From assembly GCF_006345805.1 (NCBI RefSeq), contig NC_042997.1, forward strand, positions 184,450,001-184,514,000: 64,000 nucleotides of DNA. The letters run 5' to 3'. Both the position numbers and the translations under genes were made by a program. The notes beneath the pieces were generated by a model. The model was not told where the DNA came from. It was given only the letters and a program-made list of their open reading frames with translations, and searched no databases. Within the stretch, counting starts at the first letter, position 1. Each line of letters opens with the position of its first letter. The DNA is from Octopus sinensis (Eukaryota). Shown piece after piece: positions 1 to 12,563 of the stretch.

Positions 1-419
1 CGTCCGGTTCTGGCATTGGTGTAGCTTTCAATGCCAAAATTTGGCACAATTCCTTCCAGGATCTTCCAGATATATATTACTGCATATCTCTCCCGTCTTC
101 TCTCCAGGGAGTAAAGTCTTATCTGTTTCAACCTTTTCCAGTACCTGAGCTGTTGCAAAGAGACGATCTTCTTTGTGAATCCTCTCTGGATTGCTTCAAG
201 GTCTGCTGTTAATTTCACACTGGTGGGTGACCATAACTGTGAGCGGTAATCCAGGCGGCTGAGGACGAATGTCCACCAGAGGATCATCATGGTTTCCTTA
301 TATCTGGTTCTGAATGTCCTTAGGATCCAGCCAGTCATCTGCACTTTGTCGCCATACCCAGGTCCTTCACTGACTTAGGCTCTGGGATTGAAATTCCCTG
401 TGGACCGGTGTACCCTGTA
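1..419 (-). mobile_element. CR1-like LINE ORF2 C-terminal fragment (runs off window edge)
   Basis: Minus-strand translation gives IPEPKSVKDLG, then after an internal deletion MTGWILRTFRTRYKETMMILWWTFVLSRLDYRSQLWSP...LEAIQRGFTKKI...RLYSLERRRERYAVIYIWKILEG. This is the typical post-RT region of CR1-group ORF2. Confidence 0.8.
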
Positions 420-496
420 CACACACACACACACATATATATATAGTGTGTGTGTGTGTGGTGTGTGTGTGTGTGTGTGTGTGTGCGTGCGTGTGC

Positions 497-815
497 GCTT
501 TCCAACCACATGGTTTCAGGTTCAGTCTCACTGAGTGGCACCTTGGGTAAGTGCCTTCTAGTATAGCTTCGGGCCGACTGAAACCTTGTAAGTATATTTG
601 GTAGACGGAAAATGAAAGAAGCCCGTCGTATATATATATATATAATATATATATATATATTTGTATGTCTGTGTTTGTCTCTTCCATCATCGCTTGACAC
701 CCGATGGTGGTGTGTTTACGTCCCCGTAACTTAGTACTAGGCTTACAAAGAATAAGTCCTGGGGTCGATTTCTTCGACTAAAGGCGATGCCATGTCCACA
801 GTCAAATGACTGAAA
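497..815 (+). mobile_element. SINE family A, 5'-truncated
   Basis: Matches the full copies at 9073 and 34432 (ggttcagtc, gaaagaagcccgtcg, internal (TA)n, cagtcaaatgactgaaac end). Confidence 0.85.
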
Positions 816-841
816 CAAATAATATATTTATGTATATGCAT

Positions 842-899
<58 letters not shown>

Positions 900-912
<13 letters not shown>

Positions 913-1019
913 CACGACAGGATCCTTTCACTTTCCGTCTACCAAATCCACTCACGAGGCTTTGGTCAGCCCGAGGATACCGAGGCTATAGTAGATGACA
1001 CTTGCCCAAGGTATCACCC
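900..1019 (-). mobile_element. SINE family A 5'-half fragment, inverted
   Basis: Reverse complement of the family A segment ccttgggcaagtgtc...gtggatttggtagacggaaa...gtcg. Confidence 0.8.
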
Positions 1020-1828
1020 TGTTTATAACAACGGAGGAAATTGAGCTCCACCCAAGATCTTTAAGGAACTGGTAGAATGTACGGAATTATGCAAGCTTTC
1101 CAAAGAGGCGTGTCAAGAACTCTACCACTCACCAAAGCAGTTATCACCTGAAAGAAAACAAAACATTAAAATGCTCTTGGAATTTTGTAAATAATTTTGG
1201 AACATATTCTTAGTTTTGATCTTGTTCTTGTGCTTTTTTACCTTGTAATTCTTCTTACCGATGCTGTGATTTTTATTATTATTGATGTCGTTGTTGTTGC
1301 TATTGATGTTGGTATTATTATTGTTATTACCTTTGCTTATCTTCTACTTCTCTTCTCCGTCTTCTCTTTCCAAACGGCTTGGTATGTTTCTTGATATTCT
1401 TATTCTTCTTTTCTTATATTACATGGAATGGAATGAACGCGCGTTAAGTCTCGATATTTTGATAGATACAGTCTGGCTTATTTATTGCGAGTTCCTCTAC
1501 CAAATTGCAAAAATGACTTTTACCTGATGCTCTAGCCTAAACACACAGAAATACTTTCTCCCTCTATCTCACAGACATACACACACTCACACACAGCACA
1601 TATTTGTACAACGTACTTTTGTATGTATGTGTGTATACTATATGTGTATGTGATTGCGTTTAGAAGTAGTTATTAAGGATAGAAAAGCCTTCGGAATGTC
1701 TTTGATATTTGAGATTACCACACATGCGTTTATATAGGCACAGCCTACGAACCGAATTCATACATACATAGACGGATACGAACCAATATATCTGTATATT
1801 CACTGGGAAAGAGAGGTATTATAAACAT

Positions 1829-2410
1829 ATGTATACACATGTATGTATGTATGTATGTATGTATGTATGTATGTATGTATGTATGTATGTATGTATGTAT
1901 GTATGTATGTATGTATGTATGTATGTATACATGTATGTGTGTATGTATGTATGTATGTATGTATGTATGTATGTATGTATGCATGTATGTGTGTATGTAT
2001 GTGTGTATGTATGTATGTATGTATGTATGTGTGTATGTATGTATGTGTGTGTGTATGTATGTATATATGTATACATGTATGTATGTATGTATGTATGTTT
2101 GTATGTATGTATGTGTGTATGTATGTATGTATGTATACATGTATGTAATGTATGTATGTATGTATGTATGTGTGTGTGTATGTATGTATGTATGTATGTA
2201 TGTATATATGTATACATGTATGTATGTATGTATGTATGTTTGTATGTATGTATGTGTGTATGTATGTATGTGTACTCATTATGTATGTATGTATGTATGT
2301 ATGTATGTGTGTGTGTATTGTATGTATGTATGTATGTATTATATATGTATCCTTTACATGTTTTCTGTATGTATGTTATGTATGTATGTATGTATGTATG
2401 TATGTATGGA
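1829..2410. repeat. (TATG)n microsatellite with internal higher-order duplication
   Basis: Directly visible. It explains the overlapping YIHT/MYVC ORFs. Confidence 0.95.
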
Positions 2411-2642
2411 TGGATGGATGGATGGATATCGTGTCTGGAAACAGGATTTGGAAGCTGTCATTTTGTTTTCATGTAAATAAATGTTTATATCAATTTATCC
2501 AAAAAATCTTATTTAGCTATCATTTTTAGCACAACACGCGTTATGTCTCTGTTAATTTTCTTTCATGTAAATAAATGTTTATGTTAATTTTAAAGATTTA
2601 TCCAAATTCGTTATTGGTACTTAGTTTTTTGTATGTAGGGTC

Positions 2643-3072
2643 TTCCATACTTTTTAAATCTACATGGTTGTTTATTGGCATTAAAGAATGTTTTTTACTG
2701 GTTTTCACATTTTTATTTATTTATTATTTATTAATAAGTTGTAATTCTGTATTATTACTTTCTATATTTGTTTATATGTGTATCGGTGTGTTTAGTTTGA
2801 GTTTTGGTTAGAGAATATTATAAAAGTGGAAGGATTTTGTCTATTTATTTCGACTGATTTCCATACTTTTCAAAATCTATAAGGTCGTATATTTGCATTA
2901 CAGAATGTTTTTTAGTTGTTTTCAAATTTTCTTTTATTTCTTATTTATTAATATGTTGTAATTGTGTATTATAACTTTCTATATTTTTTATATGTGTATT
3001 GCTGTGTATTGTTTGAGTTTTGGTTAGAGAACATTATAAAAGTGAATGGATTTTGTCTATTTATTTTAACTG
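2643..3072. repeat. Diverged tandem duplication, about 216-bp period, two units
   Basis: ttccatact starts at 2643 and 2859. Both units end in ...ggattttgtctatttattt..actg. Confidence 0.8.
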
Positions 3073-3609
3073 TCCACTTGCAACTGTGATTAAATTGACT
3101 AGGAACACTGTACGCGATGAATATCCCACACCAAACAACCTTAATCTTCATATTTAAACTGCATTAAACTTTGGCAAGCTTACTTTTACCAATTCTGAGT
3201 TACTTGAAAGGTGATGTTCCTTTTCCTCTCTTCTATTTGTTAATACATTTGTTTACCTACCAATGCATTTCACTTTAGGGATGTTTATTTACCCATCTAT
3301 TATGATATTTCGACTGTTGTTCATGTTTTCCAAATACGTTTTAGCATCGTTGTTCTAGCATTTTTTAAATAATCACATATGATTCATCCTAAAGAATCAA
3401 CCTTTAAATAAGAGTTTTGCTTCCACTAGCAAAAGTTATAGGTATCTTTCAGAAAGATCCATACTAGTTTCACTTTATGCGGCATTCGCTGTTAGTTTAT
3501 GCGAAGGCTATGAGGGAAGACAGAATAAAGGAGCTTCAGATAGCTTATAATAGAATCGATAATCACTTGGTACACTAAAACCCATTTTCCTTTTCCAGAT
3601 AATACAAGC

Positions 3610-4525
3610 ATGCCACCTAAAATGAGAGCACGCATTGGCAGAAAGTCTTCTGCAGCTGCAACGCAGCAATGCTGGTAGGCTAAGGAAACTGAGGACAAGA
3701 GGTCTTGTAGACTATTGAAAAGAGCTGCCGCTGCTAGAGCTGCAACTACTCTGGAGCAGCGTAAAAACTTGAGTGCGTGCTGCTGACGCAAGGGCCGCAG
3801 AAACCCCACAAAAGAGTGCTATCCGTCGAGCACTCAATGTATTTACTTGTACTTGTGACCAGGGCGGGTTGAGCCGGCTTCTTCTCTGGTCCTAACAGTA
3901 TCATGAACTATCGCGGCCCACGCTCGACGCTCCTGTGCGAGGTCACTGGAGATAGCGAGCCATTCGCGGTTCCATCTGCGCAGACCGACCACCTGCGGAC
4001 CTGAGAGCTCGGAGAGGTCCTCCTTTATCGTCGTTGCCCAGGTCTTCAGCTGCCCGCCCGTACGTTTACGCCAGTTGGGAAAAGGAGGTGGGAGGAGGAC
4101 ATCGCAAATCAGCTCACACTCTGGACACCGGGCCGCATGACCGAACCACCTTAAGCGCCGTTGTAGAAGCACCGAAGGGAGGGGCCGAAGAAGCTCCAGA
4201 AGAGAGTGGTATCCGTCGGGCACGCAACGCTGTATCCACTTCTGCCGTGAGTGACAGATGACGATAACCATCGGATGATCAGACGTCAGTCTAATTCTTC
4301 CCTGGAAGGCCCTTGCCCATGGCTATTGGATGCCATCGAGTAGTCAATGGGTATCAAAGGCGCTCAACTATGATCCTGCCGAGGAGTACACCACTCATCG
4401 AGAGATTGCAACAGGAGATATGTCTGTAATATGTCCATTTTGCAAGACCCTCAAGTGGGTTGGAGAATTCAGTGGTCTATGCTGCTTAAACCTCGCTTGA
4501 CTGACCTGCAAAACACTACTCAGCC
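3610..4525 (+). mobile_element. Helitron RepHel N-terminal relic, interrupted by an RTE LINE
   Basis: 3610: MPPKMRARIGRKSS...RAAAARAATTLEQR.../ARAAETPQ repeats. After the RTE, 4321-4500 reads ALNYDPAEEYTTHREIATGDMSVICPFCKTLKWVGEFSGLCC, matching the Helitron N-terminal YDP...CxxC...E..G.CC motif. A 3' splice site (ttttccttttccag) precedes the ATG. Confidence 0.7.
3841..4310 (-). mobile_element. RTE-clade LINE 3' end
   Basis: QRRLRWFGHAAR...GGQLKTWATTIKEDL...DLAQERRAWAA...EAGSTRPG, ending in a caagtacaagtaaat tail. Confidence 0.9.
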
Positions 4526-5369
4526 TTTGCTTTTCTTTCTCTTCTCCATTTTCCTAAAACTTAGTTTTATAGTATGTCTTTACTAGTTTGAGTATAACCT
4601 ACTATTCGACCCTTCCATCTATTCTCTTATTCATCCTTACTCTTTCTTCTTTCTCTTTTTATCTCTCCTTATTCCTTCTCTGATAGTTTTGCTTACATGA
4701 TCTAGATCTTCATTTCACAACCTTTCTTCTTGCTCTTTCCACCTTCGGTAGTTCAAAGGCTCAGTCTGAGCGAGATCTTAGAAATATTGTAGTCGCATCA
4801 GAGAAAATTTTAAAGAATTAAAAAATATTATATGAAACAGACTAGAATAAAATGAAAATATACTTTCTGTAAAATAATATAGAGAGTAGTTTGCATCAAA
4901 GCGTAAATAATTTAGTCGTGTATCAACCTGCAAAATGCGGTCATATGTTAATTTTCAAAATTTCTATGAAACCAGACAAGGTTGAAATAATTCAAACAGT
5001 GAACCAAAATGCATATTAAAGTTGACAATAGTAGACATAATACTATCATAAACAAATCGCTTTATTATGCAAACGACAGTGCTATCCCACCCACATAATA
5101 AACAAGTAATTAACATTAATTAGCTTTATGAATTTATGCACTGGAGAATCATTAATAAAGTTCCAGCTTTGAATTAAAAGAAATAATAATTAGAAAATTA
5201 TTTTTAATTATGGCCGCTCGATTTGCTAGAGATATCCGTAAAATCTTTTTCAACTCACGTTCTCCCGTCTTAGAAAAGGGAACGTGTATTTGATCACGTT
5301 CTCTTCAAATTCTATTTCGAATAGGGGGTGCTGATGGATGGAGTAGGTTTTATAATAGGTTTGCCACAA

Positions 5370-5890
5370 CAAAATCAATAGCAACGACAACAATAACAAA
5401 CACAGCAACAACAACAACAACAGCAATAACAACCGCATCAACAGCAACGAAAAAAAAACATCAACAACAAACACCAACCACAACATAAATAGTAACAGCA
5501 CCAACATTAGCCACAACAATCAAATGAACTTGAAAACCTACAGAACCACCACCGCCACCACCACCACGACGACGACGACCACCACCGCCACTACCACCAC
5601 CACCACCGCCGCCGCCACCGCCACCACCATACCACCACCACAACCACCACCACAACCACCGCCACCACCACCACCACTACCACCACCACCGCCGCCGCCG
5701 CCGCCACCACCACCACCACCACAACCGCCACCGCCACCACCACCACCACCGCCGCCGCCGCCGCCACCACCACCACCGCCGCCACCACCACCATCACCAC
5801 CACCACCACCACCATCACCATCACCACCACCGCCGCCGCCGCCGCCACCACCACCACCACCACCACAACCACCACCACCATCAACAACAA
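5370..5890. repeat. Compound (AAC)n to (ACC/GCC)n trinucleotide repeat
   Basis: Directly visible. Gives poly-T/P/G/V ORFs in several frames. Confidence 0.9.
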
Positions 5891-6305
5891 CATCAACAGG
5901 CCTCGAACTGAAAGACACCTTGCTTCATTAGCTTGACATATTCCGCCAACATTACATCCCTATTCATTTGAACTATTCTGTGTATTTCAGCAAACTAGAT
6001 GCATACGATCTCCACAAATGGCCATTCTACTCACGTATGCTTCCTTCTTGAACAACGCATTTTGCTGTGTTCACCTGTAGGCCACGCACTACCCCCTCGA
6101 ACGTAGCTCTTCGAGAATGCCTTTCTCTCCCATATTTTTCCTGCATATGACGCCTTCTAGTCATTCAAAAACTTTCAACCTGATCAGTTTCAAAGAGTTT
6201 ACAAACCATTAAAGAAAAACAATGGTAAAAGTATATACGTATATATGCGTGTATACATGCACACATACATACATACATACATACATACATACATACATAC
6301 ATACA

Positions 6306-6336
<31 letters not shown>

Positions 6337-6939
6337 GTACATATGTATATATAAATCGTTAGAATTGTGTGTGTGTATATACATGTGTTTGTGTTTCTGA
6401 CCTCTCAGACCAGTCCCAAAAACCACTGAACTATGAAAAACTAAAGAGAAACAACAACAATTTCCTTTCAATTCCACATTGCTCCTCCTTCTCCCCACCC
6501 AAACCAACCTCCCACACTGTCCCTTTAAATAGTAATCAGCTTTTATTTAGCTTCACAGAAAGAAAAAATGGTAAAACAGGCCAGTTTACTTCAAATTCTT
6601 TGTAAAATCCCAAAATATGACCTTTTTGAACTTATAATTTTCTGTGTATATATATAGATATTTCCAAACAGACATGATTTTTAATGAAATCCTAATATTT
6701 TCAATGAACTTTTGAAGATTTCTCCTTGTAAACTGTTTTAACATTTTCCTTGTCAACTACTTTAACATTTTTCTTATTATTATCAAAGAATGTATATATG
6801 TATTGTAATATTTTGTGACAACCAGTACTTAACACAACAAAGCTTTTACAAAGCTTTTACATTTTACTTTTGACAATCATTTTCTAAAATAGTGAAACCG
6901 GTCAAGTGAATAAACACCTTTTAAAATTGCATTTTGAAA

Positions 6940-6995
<56 letters not shown>

Positions 6996-7201
6996 CGTTT
7001 ATGACCAGCAACTGGTATCCCCTGAGCCTTTAGTAGAGTTTACACAGTTGCAAACATCATAGCTAGGTGTGTTGATGATATCTTCTAGCCTTGGAGGTCC
7101 TGTAGAAGGGTCATAGCCACTTTCCCCCTGAATAATAGATGTGTATATAATACACACACACGTGCAAGCATACATATGTATTTTGCATGTATATATATAT
7201 A

Positions 7202-7246
<45 letters not shown>

Positions 7247-7929
7247 CATATGTATGTATGTATACATACCTACATACAAAGATACATAGATATACTCAAC
7301 AAATATGTACACCCACAATAATACACCTATAAACAATTAAATATAAGCGTTTTTGATATGCACGAAACTGCTAACAGTAATTGCATACAGAACTCAATAT
7401 AAATATATATATATATATGGGTCTATCTGAGTGTATGAGTATGTTTCTTCGTGTGTGTGTATGTGGTACTTGTGCGTATGTCTGTGTGTGTGAGCGTGTA
7501 TGTGTGCGTTTCATTGTGTGTGTATGCGTTTCAGTGTGTGTTTGCACATACATACATTTGTCTTCAGATTAGTCGAGCAAACAGGTCAGCTATGACTTGG
7601 TTACTCTGTTTCAAAACAATACTGATTATTTAAGAAACATATTACATTTCTGTTTAGGTATATGTTCCAACATATGAGTGTCTACGAGCTAACAGCTTTT
7701 TCGCTTAAACGCATTGAATTGGAAACGTATTTCGTATATATTTCATATACGATTGCATTTCATTCATATTTTAAATACGTTTTGTGACAAATCTCTTTAG
7801 TGTCCGTTAAGAGCTGGAGTGATAATTATCAATTATTCAGGTATACACGTGATTGCATACTCACGCACGCTTGAAGATACACAAGGATACGCACGCATAC
7901 ATTTACATGCAAGCACACGCATTGGTGTA

Positions 7930-8005
<76 letters not shown>

Positions 8006-8118
8006 TGTGTGTGGATGTGTGTGTGCATGTATTTGTGCATTTCTAAGTATATATACAGGCTGGACCAAAAGTCACATACCAAGATATTTGATATTTTCCT
8101 TCCATTACGTTGTTGTTG

Positions 8119-8181
<63 letters not shown>

Positions 8182-8302
8182 TGTTAAGACTATATAGGAC
8201 CGAGGTAACTCATCCTGAATTTATACACAAATAAATAGAAGAGTGCCATATCATGTGAAATTGGTTGATATTTGTGTATATATATATATATATATATATG
8301 AT

Positions 8303-8510
8303 TATATATTGTTATATTTCAGGATTGCCATTTTTTTCTTGCCAAATAAACATACGCACTGTATATTCGTTCTTCACTCGTGTATTATTGCTTTTAGATT
8401 ATCTTATGTCCATTGTCTAGAAATTATTCGTCACACACTTGTGACCTCTTCAATGACATTTCCATTTCACGTGTCTCCTCCTGTTCTCTTTAGTCCATTG
8501 TTGTTTAGAA
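8303..8510 (-). mobile_element. Family P (hammerhead-bearing mini-element), diverged subfamily
   Basis: Shares the tattgttatatttc terminus with the 42114 copy. The minus strand at 8417-8456 reads TTGAAGAG-GTCAC-loop-GTGAC-GAAT (degenerate hammerhead core). Confidence 0.6.
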
Positions 8511-8597
8511 TTTATTTGGCAAGAAAACAAAAATGACCATCCCAAAATCTATTTCAACACACGATTTCACATCAGGAATCTTGCTAAACAAATTCAT

Positions 8598-8637
<40 letters not shown>

Positions 8638-8654
8638 TATAATATATATATATA

Positions 8655-8750
8655 AAGTTAATCCAAACAAGAAAACAAAAAGACAACAACGCAAGGATGT
8701 GGAACAAATAAAGTATTATTGGACGCTCAGGAAAGAAGGGAAGAAGGATA
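8655..8750. mobile_element. Family Q (PLE terminal-repeat-like) fragment
   Basis: Homologous to 55908-56010 (aagttaatccaaac...gtattattggacgctcagga). Starts at a (TA)n tract. Confidence 0.7.
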
Positions 8751-9072
8751 TATCTTAGCTGCTTTATCGGATAAGAGCAAAGCCATTGTGAGGCCAATGT
8801 GAGGTACTTGTATGACACTTGACCCCCGGCGAATGTTTCACATATTCTATTATATAATGCACAGCTGTTCTGGGTGGCAGAAACAACAGGTGTTACAGCG
8901 TGAACTCTTTTGACATGCCTTTTCAGTCACGTGTGCGTTGATGTGTTTGTGATGTGATGCTTACATGTTTATAGTAAATATGTGTGTATATCTATAGGTA
9001 GAATTCGCAATAAAAACAAAAGACGAAGACAGGTGATGTAGACAGATGTATTAGTTTAACCAATGTATGTAT

Positions 9073-9236
9073 AGGCGCAGGAGTGGCTGTGTGGTAAGTA
9101 GCTTGCTTACCAATCACATGGTTCCGGGTTCAGTCCCACTGCGTGGCACCCTGGGCAAGTATCTTCTACTATAGCCTCGGGCCGACCAAAGCCTTGTGAG
9201 TGGATTTGGTAGATGGAAGCTGAAAGAAGCCCGTCG

Positions 9237-9270
<34 letters not shown>

Positions 9271-9492
9271 GCGTGTATGTGTTTGTGTGTCAGTGTTTGT
9301 CCCCCTAGCATTGCTTGACAAACGATGCTGGTGTGTTTACGTCCCCGTCACCTAGCGGTTCGGCAAAAGAGACCGATAGAATAAGTACTGGGCTTACAAA
9401 AGAATAAGTCCCGGGGTCGAGTTGCTCGATTAAAGGCGGTGCTCCAGCATGGCCGCAGTCAAATGACTGAAACAAGTAAAAGAGTAAAGAGA
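9073..9492 (+). mobile_element. SINE family A, full length
   Basis: tRNA-like head (A-box-like tggctgtgtgg, B-box-like ggttcagtcc), internal (TA)n, aaagagt tail repeats. Confidence 0.9.
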
Positions 9493-10103
9493 AAGTGTAT
9501 ATATACATAATTTTTAGAATGAAATAAAAATCCGAGACTGGGAATATTTTAGAATATTTATGAATAGAAGGTCTTACAGCGGTTTCCGGGATATTTTATA
9601 TATCCCTTCATCGGAGATGGTGTGAGAAAATAGTTGAGCAATAGTTAATTTAGATAAGATATGAAATAGAGAGTGAAGTGGAGGAATGAAAATAGATGTC
9701 AAATGTGCAGGGATATTGCATCTGTAGATCCATAATTTAGGCAGAATGGTATACATAAAAGATTCCAATACCTTGTGAGTAAGTTCCAACAGTATTTAAA
9801 ATTGGTCATTCCAAGTATAGTGTTTGTACACAATGTTATTGAATCTAGGGTTTTATATATATATATGAACGTGACTCTGACTGTTTAAATTATGGTTCAA
9901 ATTCAACAAGTAAATTATGGTTTCACTATGGAATATCGTGAAATGTAGAATTCTTCACGTTGCGTTAGATACTTTCCCATTGACATAATTCTTAGAAATT
10001 CATTCTTTTTATCGCATTATCATATTAGTATCTTTTCACTTTCATTTAGGCAATTCGCTAAACCTTGTAGTGGTTCTTTTGTTGTAAATGTTGATGGCGG
10101 TGT

Positions 10104-10139
<36 letters not shown>

Positions 10140-10821
10140 ATTAGTTGTATTTGCATTATTTCTTGTTAGGTCTGTTATCATCACCTGACACAATTATTAA
10201 CTTACCTGAGCTGAGCTTGTCTGATGGTGAAAGATACGCGAAATATCTTCTTATCATATTCCCGTTATTTGTGTAATTTCATATGTTGAAAGAATCGTTA
10301 ATTTCCGTTGTTGAAATATGAACATGGGGAAAGAGAAAGCTAGTAGTGATAGTATTAGTAGAGAAAGAGAGAGAGGGAGAACGAGAAGAAAACGTGAGAG
10401 AGAAGGGAAGAGAGAAAGGGACAGAGAGAAGAGGAGTGGAAAGAGAAGAGGAGAGGGAGAAGGGAAGAGAGGCGGAACAATCATATGTTTGAGAGAAAAT
10501 TAATAAATATGCAAGGATATATGCGCGTTTGTTTGGAAAATATAAACATAGGAGCAAATTCCTGAGATGAGCGGAATAAAGAACCGAACTATAGTTACGT
10601 GCGATCAGCCATTCGGTCGACCGGATATGTCAGCGGGTTAGAAAGGAATGAAATGGTATTACTGCATGAACTATGTGTGGTTGTCATCTGTTATATATGC
10701 AAAGCGGGGATGGTAAAAATCTGAATTTGATTTTTCACGAATGAATCTGTACACCTATCGGGGTGTTGAAATCGGTTAACCTCTTCTTTTACGATTTTGG
10801 AACTCGATTTCGAAGTATATA

Positions 10822-12121
10822 CACGGTGGTATCAAAAAGTTCTCAGGCTAGGTCTGTAGAGTACCAACAGATGGCAGCACACTGTTGCATGCGCGGTAAG
10901 AGCTAGCAGTGACCTTCATGAAGTAGTGTACCGAGAGACATCGCGGTGTCTACTTCGCAAGTTGTGAAATTTGTGCTTTTGTAATCACGTGTATCCTGTC
11001 ATCTGCGACTTTGTCATGGAACAAAGAATCAACATGAAATTTTGCGTTAAACTTGGGAAGTCTGCTACAGAGGCATCGAATTTGCTCCGGCAAGTTTACT
11101 GCAACTAGGCCACGGGTCTTACGCAATGTTTTGAGTGGTACGGGCGCTTCAAAAGCGCAACAACAGAGCCCTGCTCAATCAAGAGCATGCTCATCGTTTC
11201 TTTCGACATCGGCGTGTTGTCATCGAGAATTTGGCCCCTAGGGTGACCGTCAATCGAGAGTTCTACTACCACGTTTTGAAGCGATTCAGCGGGGACATTC
11301 AGCGAAAGCGACCAGATTTGTTGGGCGCAAAGAATTGGATTCTTCACGACGATAATGCACCCTGTCACCGAGCTCTCCTCACTTTTGCGTTTCTCAACAA
11401 CATAGACGTAGGAGTGGATGTGTGGTATGTAGCTTGCTTACAAACCACATGGTTCCAGGTTCAGTCCCACTGCGTGGAACCTTGGGCAAGTGTCTTCTAC
11501 TATAGCTTCGGGCCGACCAAAGCCTTGTGAGACGGAAACTGAAAGAAGCCCGTCGTATATATGTATATATATTTGTTTGTGTGTGTATACGTTTGTGTGT
11601 CTGTGTTTGTCCCCCCCAACATCGCTTGACAACCGATGCTGATGTGTTTACGTCCCAGTAACTTAGCGGTTCGGCAAAAGGCACCGATAGAATAACTACT
11701 ATGCTTACAAAGTATAAGTACTGGGGTCGATTTGCTCGACTAAAGGAGGTGCCCCAGCATAGCCGCAGTCAAATGACTGAAACAAATGAAAGAGTAAAAG
11801 AGTAACATGGTATCGCTTCTGTACCCGCCCTATTCGCCAGATTTGGCACCAACGAACTTCCATCTCTTCCTCAGGATGAAAATGCAGCTGAAACGTCGCC
11901 GTCTTTACACCGTTGTCGAGATCCAGAACGAATTGCAGAAGGTCTTCGACTCGCTTACGGAAAACGACTTCCAGGTTGGATTCCAAAAGCGGCAGAAACG
12001 CTGGAACCGGTGTATTACTGCCCAAGGTGACTATTTCGAAGAAGATGATGATAAAACTTACATAAATAAGTTATTATTTTATTAAACATAACTAGTCTGG
12101 GAACCTTTTGATACCACTTCG
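10822..12121 (+). mobile_element. Mariner (DD34D-type) transposon, internally deleted, split by a SINE
   Basis: TIRs cacggtggtatcaaaaagttc (10822) and gaaccttttgataccac (12101-12117). Transposase pieces MEQRINMKFCVKLGKSATE (11016), WILHDDNAPCH, and YPPYSPDLAPTNFHLF...RWNRCITAQGDYFE. Confidence 0.9.
11404..11803 (+). mobile_element. SINE family A inserted in the mariner transposase
   Basis: Full family A sequence flanked by aacat (11399-11403 and 11804-11808). Removing it restores ...LNNMVSLLYPPYSPDL. Confidence 0.9.
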
Positions 12122-12293
12122 GAAAAAATAAATCTATAAATATTAGCATGTAATTATTGGGTTGAAAATCCTTTTGGATAGAAACAATCGAAGGTTGCCC
12201 GAGGGTCTCTGAACCCGCATCTGTACACATAACAGGTGTCCTACAATTGTAACAAAGCAATCCATTTTAGAAACTTGATACTTTCTCACGACA

Positions 12294-12523
12294 AGGCGGC
12301 GAGCTGGCAGAACCGTTAGCACGCCGAGCGAAATGCGTAGCCGTATTTTGTATGCCGTTACATTCTGAGTTCAAATTCCGCCGAGGTCGACTTTGCCTTT
12401 CATCCTTTCGGGGTCGATAAATTAAGTACCAGTTACGCACTGGGGTCGATGTAATCGACTTAATCCGTTTGTCTGTCCTTGTTTGTCCTCTCTACGTTTA
12501 GCCTCTTGTGGGTAATAAAGAAA
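12294..12523 (+). mobile_element. SINE family C, full length, with TSD
   Basis: Head ggcggcgagctggcagaaccgttagc and core gagttcaaattccgccgaggtcgactttgcctttcatcctttcggggtcgataaattaagtaccag. 15-bp TSD gatactttctcRcga at 12277-12291 and 12526-12540. Confidence 0.9.
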
Positions 12524-12563
12524 CAGATACTTTCTCGCGAGATTTCTTTGTTGTTGACGTCAT

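Noticed and set aside
1745-2529. YIHT/MYVC ORFs here and at many similar loci
   Set aside because: Translations of (TATG)n, (TA)n, (CA)n and (TATC)n microsatellites.
5205-5232. Helitron 3' terminus (ggccgctcgatttgctag)
   Set aside because: Ends in CTAG but has no convincing GC-rich hairpin upstream.
5524-5931. Poly-Thr/poly-Pro ORF resembling a formin FH1 or extensin
   Set aside because: Pure (ACC/GCC)n repeat, open in several frames on both strands, with no flanking domain or splice support.
10221-10255. CTGATGG...CGCGAAATATC hammerhead-like string
   Set aside because: The core is one base short and no stem I partner exists.
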